A DNA stretch of 64,000 bases from Blastocystis sp. Blastoise. Taxonomy: Eukaryota > Protista > Bigyra: Opalinata. The position numbers and the translations under genes are program-made. Under the pieces are notes generated by a model. It had not been told where the DNA came from and searched no databases. It saw nothing but the letters and a program-made list of their open reading frames with translations. The stretch spans positions 1,426,001 to 1,490,000 of the forward strand of contig JBBPEB010000015.1 in NCBI GenBank assembly GCA_039096225.1. The letters are read 5' to 3'. Shown here piece by piece: positions 41,691-56,499 of the stretch. Position 1 is the stretch's first letter. The number at the start of each line of letters is the position of its first letter.

Positions 41691-42540
41691 AGAACATAGG
41701 TAAATTTGAGATTACTCAGATAAAGAAAGTAGATTTATATCGAAACAGAAATGATACTGTTATTATTACATTCTCTTTAGCAGAAGGTCTTTCTATGTAT
41801 ATATATAACATATATATATATATATAGAATTGTTTTCAATATATATGATACTTATGTAATATATATATATATATATAGTTCAAAGGCTGTTGAATCTAAG
41901 GTTCATCCTCCACTAATAATTACTTTTGAAAGTTCTAAAGATAGAACTATATTTATGCATACTATTAATCATATAAAACGAGCTAAACATGATGAACTTA
42001 TTAAATCAATTAAAGATAATATAGAGAAAGAAGAACGGGAAAAAGGTATTATCAAATGGAATATTGCTGAAGTATATATATAGATAGATTATAACTATTT
42101 TAATCTATATATATAAATGATGACTCTTATAATATATGTACATAATCTTATCTAGTTAACTTATAAGGGTAGTCGTCCTTTGATTATTTCGTTTCATTTG
42201 CCTCATTCCGCTGTTGATTCAGGGAGACTTCGAATTGAAACTAGACAACATGTTATTTAGTATATATATATATATATATTAATCATTTTAGAATAATATA
42301 ATCATTTTCAACACATATTTCGTTGTTTATTTAGATATATTATTATTTATTATATATATATATAGTAAAGAAGTTCTTCTTGTTGATATTAAGAATATTA
42401 TCAAAGGAAATGCACTTGAAAATGGACTTGCATCTATATATTTAATTTTAAGTGATAATTCAAAATATTTGTTTTTATTTAATGACGTTAAGGCACGTGA
42501 TTCATTCTTAACGATTATGGATGCTTATAGAAGACAATAA
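40040..42540 (+). CDS. WW-domain protein with probable tandem PH-like domains (~11 exons)
   Basis: YWQKKTDSKGMTFYIHKITGEVSYVRP is a WW domain. Two beta-rich segments end in ITFESSKDRTIF and LFLFNDVKARDSFLTIM. Confidence 0.7.
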
Positions 42541-43030
42541 TTATGATATACATATTTTTGAAAAGTATCAATTCTTTTCAATTTCTGTTATTATTAATTT
42601 TATTTTTATTTTCAATAATCATTTTTTTTATTCATATGCTATCATTATTTTTTTATTTTCTACTTTTTATTCATGATACAATGTTTTTTCTCTTTCTTTT
42701 GATGATAGTCTTTTCTTGTATTCTATTCTGTTACTGTTTCATTCATATTAATATTCTATTTAGCTTTCTCCTATCTCTTTTTTATATCCTTATTGAATAC
42801 ATACTCACTATATTATAAATAATCAACGTAAAGAAACTAAACTTCTATTAAAAAACTAACTATTTCTTAACATAAAATAAGACAATTGCATTAAAATAGT
42901 TCAAGTAAAAGAAAGCATATAAAAAGAAGATTTGTATTTTTATGACATGAAAAAAAGGTCAATGAACGTATTGTATGCATAAGAAGATATCTTATATATA
43001 ATGTATGGTTATTTAAATAACAATAGCAAT

Positions 43031-43828
43031 TCACGTTCTATGAATAATATCTTGTGATGGTTTCTTATTCTGATAATAAACATCTCCTTCTTTTCCTATT
43101 AACGCTCCACAATTAGAACACTTATGCTCACTAATAGAATTAATAATAGAATTAGCATTATTCTTTAGTAATAGAGAGATATAAATGTTACATATATTCT
43201 TTGTTATATATTTTATATATATATATATATTATTTATTATATATATATATTATATATTATATATACACAACTTTACACCAATCACAAATAAGGAAGAATA
43301 ATGAGAATGGACCAATAAGAAAGAAGAATACTACTGTTAATAAAATAGTATATAATTAAGGTTATATCTATTATTGATAATACTCTTTAACATAATATAT
43401 ATATATGAATCTAAAAGATATCAGAAGAATCCTATTTTATGATTAATATGTGTTGTATTCACAACATCACAGTTATTACAATGAATAAATACACTCCTAA
43501 TATATTATTTTATCATTTAGTTAAATGTATATTGAATAATTCTTATTTAAAAATTATGATATAATATAAATATTTACGATCGTCCAAGTGTGAGAGGATA
43601 CTTTTCATTCATGGATTCTTGTTGAATAAGAACAACAGAATTATGAGAATTTTGACTTCTTGGAGGACCTTCTATAGGAATTGCTTCTACATACGTTTTT
43701 TGAGGTGCTTGAGGAACAACACTTTCGTTTTCCATAATTGGTTCACCTTGAGGTAATATTGGAACTGGCTTTGTATAAACTGGCTCTGAATTTCCTTGAG
43801 GTACAACATATACTTTAGTATCACCCAT
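43031..43828 (-). CDS. LITAF-domain protein
   Basis: HCNNC...HKIGFFC-hydrophobic-CDWCKVVEHKCSNCGALIG. Confidence 0.88.
43348..43421 (-). other. U12-type AT-AC intron (74 nt)
   Basis: 5' ATATCTTT, branch CCTTAAT, 3' AC. Removing it eliminates an in-frame TGA and gives TG|T (Cys) plus the LITAF hydrophobic segment. Confidence 0.88.
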
Positions 43829-44597
43829 TTTCCTTTAAATTGATAAGATTGACTTTAATAGATCTTAGAAACTCTATAAATAGAATGAAAAAGATAATTG
43901 AATCTTGTGACAAAAATGTCTTTCTTTTTATATCCTTTGTATTCAATTTGCATCCATATAATTCTGAATATCATATCATACTTGTATATGATATAAAAAT
44001 AATAGATCCCATGATATTTTGTAAAATATCCTCATTTAAAACTATTTTTAAATATATATGTGTATTCTGAGATCCATTACTTGTTCAATGAATCAGGATA
44101 TAAGTTTTATATATATTTTAGAGTCATGATAAAAAGATTTTCTATTCATTATCCCATTTATTGTAAAATCAACAAAAAGAAACAACATATGTTTCTAAAA
44201 ACTAGTTATTTGCTATTCACATTATTTTGTTTATGTTAATAAATGATATTCGTTAAAATTAAATAAAGTGACAGGATATAAATCAATTATTCTTTTAAGA
44301 AACCATTTCCATATTCTATAAAATAGAATTCTAATAATATAGACAGAGCATTTCGACAGAGTTTAATAAATGATTTATAATTTAAACAAGGATTCAAATG
44401 AAAATTTTTTTTTTAATTTTTTAAGAAGGAATGTGTTCTCATTTTCTGAATTCACATTATTGCAACTTTTCTTCTACTTAATATTCGGAAGAAAAGTCTG
44501 AAAGATCTGAATAGTTCTCCTTTTTATTAAACACAAAAACACTTGAATAACCAAATGAAGTTGTATATAGTATTTCCTTTTTATTTCAATAGATATA

Positions 44598-45594
44598 ATG
44601 AAAACACAAATAGTTCTAGCTTTATTTTTATTTTGCTATGTATACGCAACAAATAAACCTAATATTGTTTTTATAAGTAAATGAGAAAACTTTCGACATA
44701 TATTAAATCCTATTAGTTGCCGATGATATGGGTTGGAGTGATGCAGGATTTCGTAATAATGATCAGATCCATACTCCAACATTAGATTCATTTGTTGATA
44801 ATCGTATTATCTTAGAACGTTATTATGCTCAAGATGTTTGTAGTCCTACTCGTGCTGTACTTATTTAATGTATTGCATATGTATATCAAATAGTCTATTT
44901 TAACTGGGCGATATCCATCTCATTATGGAATGCAACACAATGTACTCTTACCAAAACATGCTTATGGTGTACCATTGAATGAAACATATCTACCTTCTGT
45001 GCTAAAGGATTCTGGATATAATACTCATGCAATTGGTAAATGGCATCAAGGTTTTTATAAATGGGAATATACACCAACATTCAGAGGATTTGAAACTTAT
45101 TATGGTTATTGGAATGGTGCTCAAACTTACAGTTCTCATATGAAACTTGATGGGTATATATATATACATATATATATATATATTATTTTATTTTTTTATA
45201 CAATAGATAATTGTGAATTATGACCAAAAGAAAGGATCTGGAGTCGCGGTTATTATATATAAACAGTGGAAGTTATTACTTGGTCCTGCAGGTTGTCCTA
45301 ATGGCTGACAGGATATGGAGGGAAAACAAATTAATCCTACAGATATGGGGTCTAGTATTTATTATATATTTATTATATATTTATTATATATTTATTATAT
45401 ATTTATTATATTATAAATATATAATGAATATATAATATATACATATATATAGAAGCTAAAACAGAGGAACAAAAAGAATTAATAAAACAACTTGGTTTTG
45501 GTGTTAATAGTATGCTACAACTATTTAATATTATAGATGATGAAGGAGAAACAAAAGAATGTAGTCCAGACTATAATGATGTATATCTATCTAT

Positions 45595-45660
<66 letters not shown>

Positions 45661-45887
45661 CTTTTATATATAGATTGTTGTATTATTATTAAATAAACTA
45701 CTTGAATACAAAAGTATATAAATTCATTTATTATTATATTATAATTATTATCATTAGTATGAATATAAATAATATATATATATGTATATATATAGAAGGA
45801 GTAGTAGCTCCATTTGATCAGTGTGATGACCCTAAAGCTGATCCAGCCCTTCATAATAATACATGGGTACCGTGGGGAAGTCTGTAA
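44598..45887 (+). pseudogene. Arylsulfatase B-like sulfatase pseudogene (internal deletion plus nonsense codon)
   Basis: Signal peptide, KPNIVFIIADDMGW, CSPTRASILTGRYP and THAIGKWHQG are present. It then jumps to the C-terminal QWKLLLG..GCPNG*. The central region is missing, the splice phases clash and there is a TGA at 45306-45308. Confidence 0.82.
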
Positions 45888-46493
45888 TTCTTATTAAAAT
45901 AAAGAAGACATGATATATATTCTATCTATATATACTTGTACTACTTTGTAATTATTTATATATAGAATAGTTTTATAAATTGTATTTTTAACTTTTTTAG
46001 AATTAAGAGTACTTTTTATATTCACAAATTATTTTTATTACAATGTTGTTTTATCTTAATTATTTTAATTTAAAAACAGTTACGTTATCTTATGTCCTGT
46101 TTTATTATTATATCGTTCTCAAATCTGATTTATATCTTATTCATCATACAATAGAAATATGCATGTTTCAGTTGTAATAAACTCTTCTAGAATATTCTAA
46201 AATTAAAAAAAACCATTCTAAAAATTAAATACTCTTTAGCGTATTTTGTTTTTTATTTTAATATGTCGTTTAGAACTAATGTTTTAAATTCAAATACAAA
46301 CTAAGAAGTATAGTAAAGAGTATATATATAAATAAACATCCCAAACAATCAAGAAAATATATATATATATGATAAACAATAATTGAAGAAAAAGTGAAAA
46401 AGAATGAAAGTTTATAGTTGCACCCAAATATATGATATTAGTAATATATATATAATGAATATATGAGTAAATTAATGATATATATATATATAT

Positions 46494-47547
46494 TTAGAAT
46501 TTATGTTTATAGAATGAAGAAAGCCATTGTTGAATAGAAGAAGAAGAAACTTTAATAATACCATTCTCTTCCTATATATATATATATTAAATAATAATAA
46601 TCATAGTTACAATAATATATATATATACTGTATAAGAAACAGCAGGTCGAAGTTCTTCTTTTAGAATTCTTGTGATTCCCATTATTTTTTCATATTCTCC
46701 AGAAGTCGTGATTTCAACAGATGGATAGAGAACTGTAGGTCTATTATTAGTAACAAGATTTGTAGAAGTAGAATATGAAATAGAATTAGAAAAAGAAGAA
46801 GATGAAGAGGACGATGTGTAATTCTTTTTGATTTTTGAGAAAACAGAAAGAGTATTAAAACGTGAAACTGATAAGGGAATTGATGTATAATCAATATCTA
46901 TAATATATATGTATATTAGAAATAGTATTTTAAATATATATGAATATAATATTGAAATGAATAATAATAAATAATAATAAATAATAATAAATAATAATAA
47001 ATAATAATAAATAATAATAAATAATAATAAATAATAATAATATTATTATTATATATATATACATATAGTTCCTTTTCGTTTGACTTCAGGAATGACGTAT
47101 TTAGTGACTGTGATCATTTCTCTTAATAGCCACAGGCCCTGTTCGCGCTGCTCGTCAGAGATATGACGACTTAAACATGAACGACTATATATATTATTAG
47201 GTTTATTTATTATAATGTTTATTATTATTAATATATTATTAATATGTTATACATATAGACTTATTATATTATCATTAAAAAATATTATTTATTATTATTA
47301 ATATTATGATATACGTATCTACAGTTGTTTGTGCATTAATATCTTCTGATAATTGCATAATATAATTATATACACTACTATACACATTGGACTGGTCATA
47401 TAGCTATATATATATAATAAACATTATTATTTCCTTATATATATACAGTAATCATATCAACGTAGACACCAATAGTAGGAGAGATACCTCGAGCACGCAT
47501 ATCGGTATATATAGCGATACATTTATCATACTGATGTAACTCCAATA

Positions 47548-47587
<40 letters not shown>

Positions 47588-47875
47588 CAATAATAATAAA
47601 TAGAATAAATAGAATTAGTAAAATAAGTAATAATTATAATAATAATAATAACATTATATATATACCTATGAATATAACATTGATAGGCTATATCATTCAT
47701 TTGAGATCCCTCTTCTTCGAACTTCTCAAACACGTGGATACATTCATGATACATGTGACGACCTTGTATACCTATATATATATATATATAGAGTTATATA
47801 ATAATATAATTAGAATTTAATATATTTTCAAAATTATTCTTTATTACTCATCCAAGAAAATATATAAAATAAAAA

Positions 47876-47936
<61 letters not shown>

Positions 47937-49010
47937 TATACCTGTAAGAATAGAAGCTACAATGGCAGGTGAAATGTATTTTCTCTTGGGTTCTACAAGT
48001 GTATATATATATAAAGCTGTTTGTAAATCATTATAATGAAATACACATTCTAAATAAGCACCTATATATATATATATATACAGTAAATAAAGAATAATTC
48101 ACCAAAAAGAAAATAATAAATAAAAACATATATATATATACATAACAAAGGTTCACTTTTAGTTATATATTTATTATTAATTTCACTCCAAATATCTTTC
48201 AATTTATTTTCACAATTTCCCTCTTTTAAGGCTTTTAATGTATATACATAGGCATCTTCATTAAATTCTTCCTAGACATTATAATAATTATTATTATTAT
48301 CACTATTATAATTCGCTATTATAATTAGAACAATTCATTATTATAATTATTTAGCGAATTATTACAATCACAATAAATATAATCAAATATATAATATATA
48401 TACAGAGTCATGATATTTTTCATATATAAATAATGATAATCTCCATAAATGACGCGAATTCATATGCTTCATTATTTCATTAATTTCCTATAATATATTA
48501 TAAAGATTATATATAAGTCTATTTATATACAATAGAACGAAGTTCTGTATTATTATCTAATAACATCGAAATAAGTTCGTAGAACTATAGAAGAAAAAAA
48601 ATAATAAGCACTAATAGTGAATATATATAATAATAAAAATAGTTAAATACTCTAGAAACAGATGTTGATGTTTTAAAGAGTTGGAATAAAATATGAGCTT
48701 TATCTAATGCTTTCTCATTATTCTGCTTCATATTTTCTTGGTCTTCAGACTTAGTTTCCGTAATAGACACATCTTTTATGGAATTCTGAGGTTTCGAAAG
48801 AGAATTACTTAATCCAACTTTTGTAGATCGAATAGATATTCCTTCTTTCTTCAGATGCTCATTACTTACAATATCATAATATCGTAAACCAACGAATTGG
48901 CTACAAGCCCAAACTGATTTCGATGCAAAACTTGGTAAAGAGGAGGATCTACAAAGAATATTTGTATATCTCGATGCATTCTTTAGATTCTTTAGTATAC
49001 TCAAACTCAT
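46494..49010 (-). CDS. Organelle-targeted PPR protein with C-terminal degenerate Smr-like domain
   Basis: Basic presequence; PPR-like units (CIAIYTDMRARGISPTIGVYVDMI; VFEKFEEEGSQMNDIAYQCYI); C-terminal YIDYTSIPLSVS...EITTSG...ENGIIKVSSSSIQQWL. Confidence 0.72.
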
Positions 49011-49855
49011 TCACCTATATCTACAAAGAATAATTATTTTTATTACTAAATCATAAAACTCTGATTATTTTCTATTTCTTACTTGAAAGGAACAAAAAGT
49101 CGTGAAAGGCTTTTCGTTTTTCTAATCAAAACTTTATTATTCAATTTTGTCTAAAATACTCTCATATTTCAATATTATTTTAAGCATTCTTGTCAATCTT
49201 CATATAACTCATGGGTAAAGAAGCATTTCAAGTACATAAGCATATTAACAGAGTCTATTTAGAATATCAAGATTGTCAAAATGTATATAACGAGTTCTTA
49301 ATATAATGTATGCATTGTTGCATACCTGAAAAAACAGTAAGAAAAATATTCAAAGTCATATTGATTGATTTCAAGATTATTTCCACTAATACTCTTTAGA
49401 TTTTTCTAGAAACAAAACAGTGTTAAAGAAAGTACATAAATATAATTTTTTATTGCCACATTCAATATATTAGTTATAATCTTTTGACGGAAATGTACGT
49501 GTTTGTATAAAACTGGTCATTAACATATTAGATATGTATATATTATTTGCTTTTGTCTTTATACTTTAGTTTTATACTATTATCAATGTAACGGATGCAG
49601 TTTTTATTCATTTATACTTGTTGAACTACAAATAATTTTTCTTCATTGTTATTAATTATTTCAAATACTTAATTATTTATACATTCTTTAATGTGTCAAA
49701 TAAATTATGAAGTTACTTCAGTTGATTATTTTTAAAAAAATTAAAAAAAAAACATTATTTATTATGTGGATAAAAGAAAATCACATTGAAATATAAAAAA
49801 TAATAATATAAAATCAATATACTATTAGTATATTGTGAATAAAAAGAAAAAGAAA

Positions 49856-51695
49856 TTAGAGATTGGAAGATATATTGTTTTTAATTGAATCATAATTATG
49901 ATTCTCTGAAGAATTCTCATTATTTGTAATATGATTTTGATTATTTGAAGTTGATAAAGAATGAAGAGGAGGTACTGATAGATTATTCTTCATAGCTAAA
50001 AGAGAATGAATAAGAGATATATCACTAGAATTAACACTATACGGAGAATTAATTATATTATTAGTAGATTGAATATTCGATTGATTTGAAGGAGAAGGAG
50101 ATGAAGTTGTTATTTGTTGTTGAATCGATTGACTACTAGAATTATGATGTTTTCGATGACTATGTTTATGTTGAATATGATGATGTTTATGATGTATATT
50201 TATAGGGGATTGTGATATTATTTTATTTGAAGGAACATCATCTGAAGGAGATACAATAGAATTCGAATCACAAGATATAGGGGAGTGATGATGACGATGG
50301 ATATGACGATGATGGCGTCGATGATGACGAGGACTCTGTGAGTGATGATTCGATTGTTTTATTGGACTATTTATGTTTGTAGAAGAAAATAAGTTCCATA
50401 TATTCTTATTACTTTGAGTAATGTCCATAATATTATTCTCTTCATTTAAAGAATTCTTATGATTATCATTATTGTCAGAGTTATTATCTATATCTATATT
50501 CATATCTTGTGAATTATAACCATGTTTATCATTACTTTTATTATAATCATTTATATTTATGGTCTCTAAATCTATAATATTATTATTTCTATTTCTTTTT
50601 TTCTTCTCTATAATAGAATTAGTCTCTTTTGAAAGAGGATTTGTATGTATATCTCTTTGAAGTATTTCATTATAAGATAAAGAATCTTGTCGACAAGAAC
50701 TATTCTCATATGACACATCATCTAAAGACTCATTATCATTATTCTTCGAATTCTTTTGTAACACCTGTTTGGTATTTAATATATGTTTCTTATTTTTTAA
50801 GGAATTCATATGTTGAATATCATGATAACATGATTTGGGAGAGTTAGATAAATATTTATTATTATTATTATTATTAACATTATTATTATTAACATTCTTA
50901 TTATTAACATTATTAGCATTATTGTTAACGTTATTATCATTATTATTATTACTACTATTGTTGTTAACATTATTATTATCATTATTATTATTAACATTAT
51001 TATCATTATTGGATGATAAATGTAATGTTTCTTTTGAGGATAATGTATTTTGATTATTCTTATTTATAGACGTTCTATGATTAGTATTTATTTGTTTTGA
51101 ATGTATTTTTGAGGCGATAGGATTGGAAGTAGATGAAAATGGAGAATGGATATAAGAAGGAAAAGAGTCATCTATATTATGTAGATTATATGAGTGTTGC
51201 ATACTATTAGAGGAATCAGAATGATTGTGATAAGAAGATTCTTCTTCACCCATTAAAGAACGATTTTTGTAAGAGTTTTCAATATCACTATTATCATCAA
51301 TATCAATATCATTATTATCATTACTATCATTATCAATATCAATATCATTACTATCATTATTATCATTATCAATATCAATATCATTACTATTATTATCAAT
51401 ATCAATATCATTACTATTATTATCAATATCAATATCATTATCACTATTATCATCACTATCAATATCAATATCACTATTATCAATATCATTATTATCATCA
51501 ATATCAATATCACTATTATCAATATCATGCCTACACATTATATTATTGCCACGTAAACTTGATTTCAACGAATTACTACCAGTATTCAATATATGTTTTG
51601 ATTTCTTCTTATTGATGATACTATTATTCTTCATTTCATTCAATTGATCTATAGAATGCTTAGATTTGCTTCCTGCCACAGTAGTAGTAGTAGAA

Positions 51696-51741
<46 letters not shown>

Positions 51742-54141
51742 CATTATGATTATGATTATCATTATTATTATCATTTGTATTCTTTAAATTATTTGTGTTA
51801 TGTAGAGCATGTGTAGCCATCATATTATTCAAATTATTCATATGTTTAACTATATCAAAAGACTTATTATTACTATTATCAATATCCATATATTCATCAT
51901 TATTATTAATAAAAGGACTACGTATAATATCATTACTAGTTGATCTAGTTTTCTCCATATTATTAGATATATCACTATTATTTTTTTTCTTTATCTTACT
52001 TAAATCATGTTTATTAGGGTGTAAACGGTGATTTCTCAAAAATATATCCAACATATCCAATGAGTGTTGATCAGATTCCTCTTGATTATCTTCACTACTG
52101 AGATCATTTCTCTCTTCATTACTACTATCCGATGTGTCATGATTAGGGTTCACATGATCATGTGGATGATCAATCGAATTGAAAATAGAGAATGTATTAT
52201 TATGATTATTTCTATGATTATGAAAAAAACTATTAGCATCATGCATATCATCATCATTACTATTATTCATAATATCACTATCATCCATAATATCACTATT
52301 ATCATCATCACTTGTATCATTCATAATATCACTATTATTCATAATATCACTATTATTCATAATATCACTATCATCCATATGGTCATTAATATCATCGTTA
52401 TTCATATCATGAAACAACATATCATCAAAAATATTACCAAATAACATTTCATCACTATCATGATAAAAAGGATTAATATGTTCACGAAGGATACTCTTGT
52501 AATAACTTGATTTCTCTATACGTATTCTTCTATTTGCATTATATATATCTTTATACTTCTTCTTCTGTTCACGATGAACTTTTTTTTGAATATCATAAAA
52601 AGAAGCATTTTGTTTTGTTTCTATACATTGAATAATACGATCTCGAAGAATTCTTTTTGTTTCTTTATTAATCTCTTTTAACATTGATTTTACATAAGAA
52701 TTACTAAGCTTATGGGTAGTAGAATTCGAAGAATCATCTGTATCACGTGGAGAAATGTTTTCAATCATAGGTCGATGAGAATTAATATTATTGATTGATA
52801 TAACAGGATTCATAGTAGAAGTAGAAGAAGAAGGAAGTAATGAATTCGATATATTCTCTTTGGTTGTAGATAGAGAGGTAAATAAACTATCATTATTATC
52901 ATTATTATTATTATCATCACTATTATCATCACTATTATCGATATCGCCACAATAATCATCATCCGAAGTATCACTTGTAAAATGTTCATTAAATTTATTC
53001 AATTCATCTTCTAAATCAAGATGTTCTCTTATTACACGACGTAATAAAGAATTAAAAAATATTTGTTTATTCATTCTTTTTCTAGATTTTATATCTCTCA
53101 TATCTTTAAAATCATATATTGGAGAGTCTGTCATCATATAAGCAGATCTATCCATAGTATCATTAAGATAATCCTGAATCTGATCGAATAAAGAATCTTC
53201 TTCTGTATTATAATAAAACTTACGTACTATATAATATATAGAGAGTAGTGGTATAATCAATAGAATCGAATTATATATATATATATATATATACTAATAT
53301 ATGCAAATTTAACTAAAGGCATGTAATATTGACGAATAACACCTAATAAAGGAATTATTATATACTCTAGATTCACATTTGTAAGAAGAGAACCATCAAC
53401 TAAATATATATTTATATATCTATATATATTTATATATATACATCCATATGCAAAGAATTCAATATATCTAAATAGTCCTTCTCGTATTCCCGTGATTATC
53501 GCCTCTATTCTTTTAGAAATAGTAATAATATTCTTATCATGAGATAAGTCAGAAAAAATTTTTTGTCCATAAATAAAAGAACAATCTATACATATACATG
53601 AAAATATTTAATATATATGATAATTCTATACATATATATATATATACTAAATTCTAGTTTCTTAATATGTTTATTTTTGGGGTCTCGAAATATGTCGAAT
53701 AATTGACTGAAGAACAAAGAAGAGCAAGGCATGTCTATAATATAGAATGTTATATATAATATATATAATTTAATAATAAGTATATTAATAATAATAAATA
53801 TGAAAGTATAATTTGTAAATGAATATGATATATATATACTAACGAAAGATAATGATACTAGATTTTCAGGAACAGGATTAATACTTAAAATATCCCTTTG
53901 AAATTGTTCAACATAACTATTATTATCTACATATATATAGTTTTATAAGTATATAAATATATTCATATTTATATATATATACTTATAAAACTAAGAAATA
54001 ATAATTTGGGGAAAGAATTTTGATTGATTCCCGCGGTTAATGAAGAAAGGAAATAATAGCTATCGTTGTCATTTGCAGTAACAGATTGAAATGGAGACCG
54101 ATTGTGAAAATATTCATCTATATTTATATTTGTATATAAAC

Positions 54142-54180
<39 letters not shown>

Positions 54181-54505
54181 CCTTCTATAAAGTATAAATA
54201 CTTGACAGATGAAAACACGTTTCGAGTAAATAACGATATAATTGTGGGAACAATGTCCTGACAACATTTTGCATCTTTATAAAACAAACATAATAATATA
54301 TATATATATATATATATAATTAACAATTAATATGATAATACATAATTGATTTAGAATAGAATATAATATATATATATATATATATATACATTTCTTATAA
54401 ACAGAATCTCCATGAGTAAATGCGTCTTCTCTCATTTTCCCAAGTGTTTCTATATATTCACATTCATATGCATACACATTATTACAAACTATATATATAT
54501 ATAAT

Positions 54506-54546
<41 letters not shown>

Positions 54547-54636
54547 TATTTTAAGTGTATCTAGTTGTTTAAAATATCCCTGTTGAAGGAGAGATAAAGA
54601 GCGGGAAATTGAATGAATAGTATGGTTATCAAGAGT

Positions 54637-54675
<39 letters not shown>

Positions 54676-55136
54676 AGAGTTCTAATTTTTCAATATTGCA
54701 CAATTCTCCTTTCTGAATAAGAGTAATAAACTGTTTATAGTAATCCATACACCCTATATATATATAATTAATGATTCTATATAATAATATACATGTAGGT
54801 TTGAAAACGAATGTTTTAACAGATTTGAGAGACATCTTTTCAAGAGGAAGAACATGAATATGTCCCTCTGGTATATCACATACTGTTGAATCTATATATT
54901 ATATTTATAAGGAATAACATAGATTGTAATTGAAAATAAATAGTATATATATATAATAGATATATAGAATTGATATATATATAAATATATATATAATTTT
55001 AAAATCTATATATACTAACTAATTTTAAAGTATCTCCAATAAATAAACGATTTTCATTTATATATTTTATTAATATATCCAAAGAAGAATTAACATTTGT
55101 TGTATAATCTATATAAATAATATTAATATTAATAAT

Positions 55137-55174
<38 letters not shown>

Positions 55175-56455
55175 TTACCTAGAGTAAAATCATTTATAAA
55201 TAATTTGACATTTTTCTTTTCATATAATTGAGTAATAAAACTAATAAACAGTTTTTCCATAGTAGATTCTAAAAGAATATATATATAAGGATATATAAGA
55301 ATATATAAGAATATATATATATATAAGAATATATATATATAAGAATATATATATATAAGAATATATAAATATATAAGAATATATATATATAAGAATATAT
55401 AAATATATAAGAATATATATATACCTTGGATATGGACTTCTTCAAGATGAGGGAAGGAGGTGTGAAATGAGCCACAAATATAAGGAGTATAAGAATGAAT
55501 ATCTATATATTATTATATTAGTAACATAATAGTAGCAGCTGAATATAAAATATTATTATATTATAATTGTATTTAAAAGTTAATATATTTAAAATAATAA
55601 CAATAATACTACTAATAATAATAATATATATATATACTTAGGTAAATAACTTTAACCATTTGTATATAGGGTTCATTTAATAATCTTAATTGTTCTTTTA
55701 ATAATAAATTCCTTGTATTCTTATCTATACCCCAAAGATGACTATTCTCTAAACTATATACATCTATAAAGATATACATATATATATAGAAAGAAATATG
55801 TATTAGTATATAGAGTATATTATATATTTACATAGAATAATATGTAAAGAAATGTATATATATATAACAACTAATAATTATTAAATAAGGAATATTATCA
55901 ATAAACAATATATATATATAAGATTACCTAAATGTAGTGTTTCTAATAATGAATAATACTCTTCTTTATATATATCTGTTAAATAGTGAACAGTTTCAGA
56001 ATCGAACGAACTGAAAGCAGAATCATCTATTAAGATATTATTAAAAACTATATATATAGTAAAATGTAGTAAAATAATGAGAATGTAAAAAAAATATAAT
56101 AATAAGAAATAAATTTAATAATAATGGCACCATTATTTTTATAATATATGAATATATAATGAATAGATCAATATAAATTATATATATATATATATATATA
56201 TACAACTTAGTTCAATATATATATCTTTTAAAAACATATAATGCTTTTTTTTCATTAAATCTATAAATTTTGGATTTATACCTATCAAACAATTATCTAT
56301 ATATATTATTATTATTATTACTATATATATGATGTTATTATCATATTCTATACAAAAAATATATATTTATATACATATATATTCTTGCATAAATAAATAA
56401 ATATATATGTATATACATAGACAAATATATATCTTATAATTATTAAATAAATATG

Positions 56456-56499
<44 letters not shown>

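Noticed and set aside
45306-45308. UGA=Trp recoding or a variant genetic code
   Set aside because: TGA terminates other genes (8316, 43031), Trp is TGG elsewhere, and this locus has other lesions.
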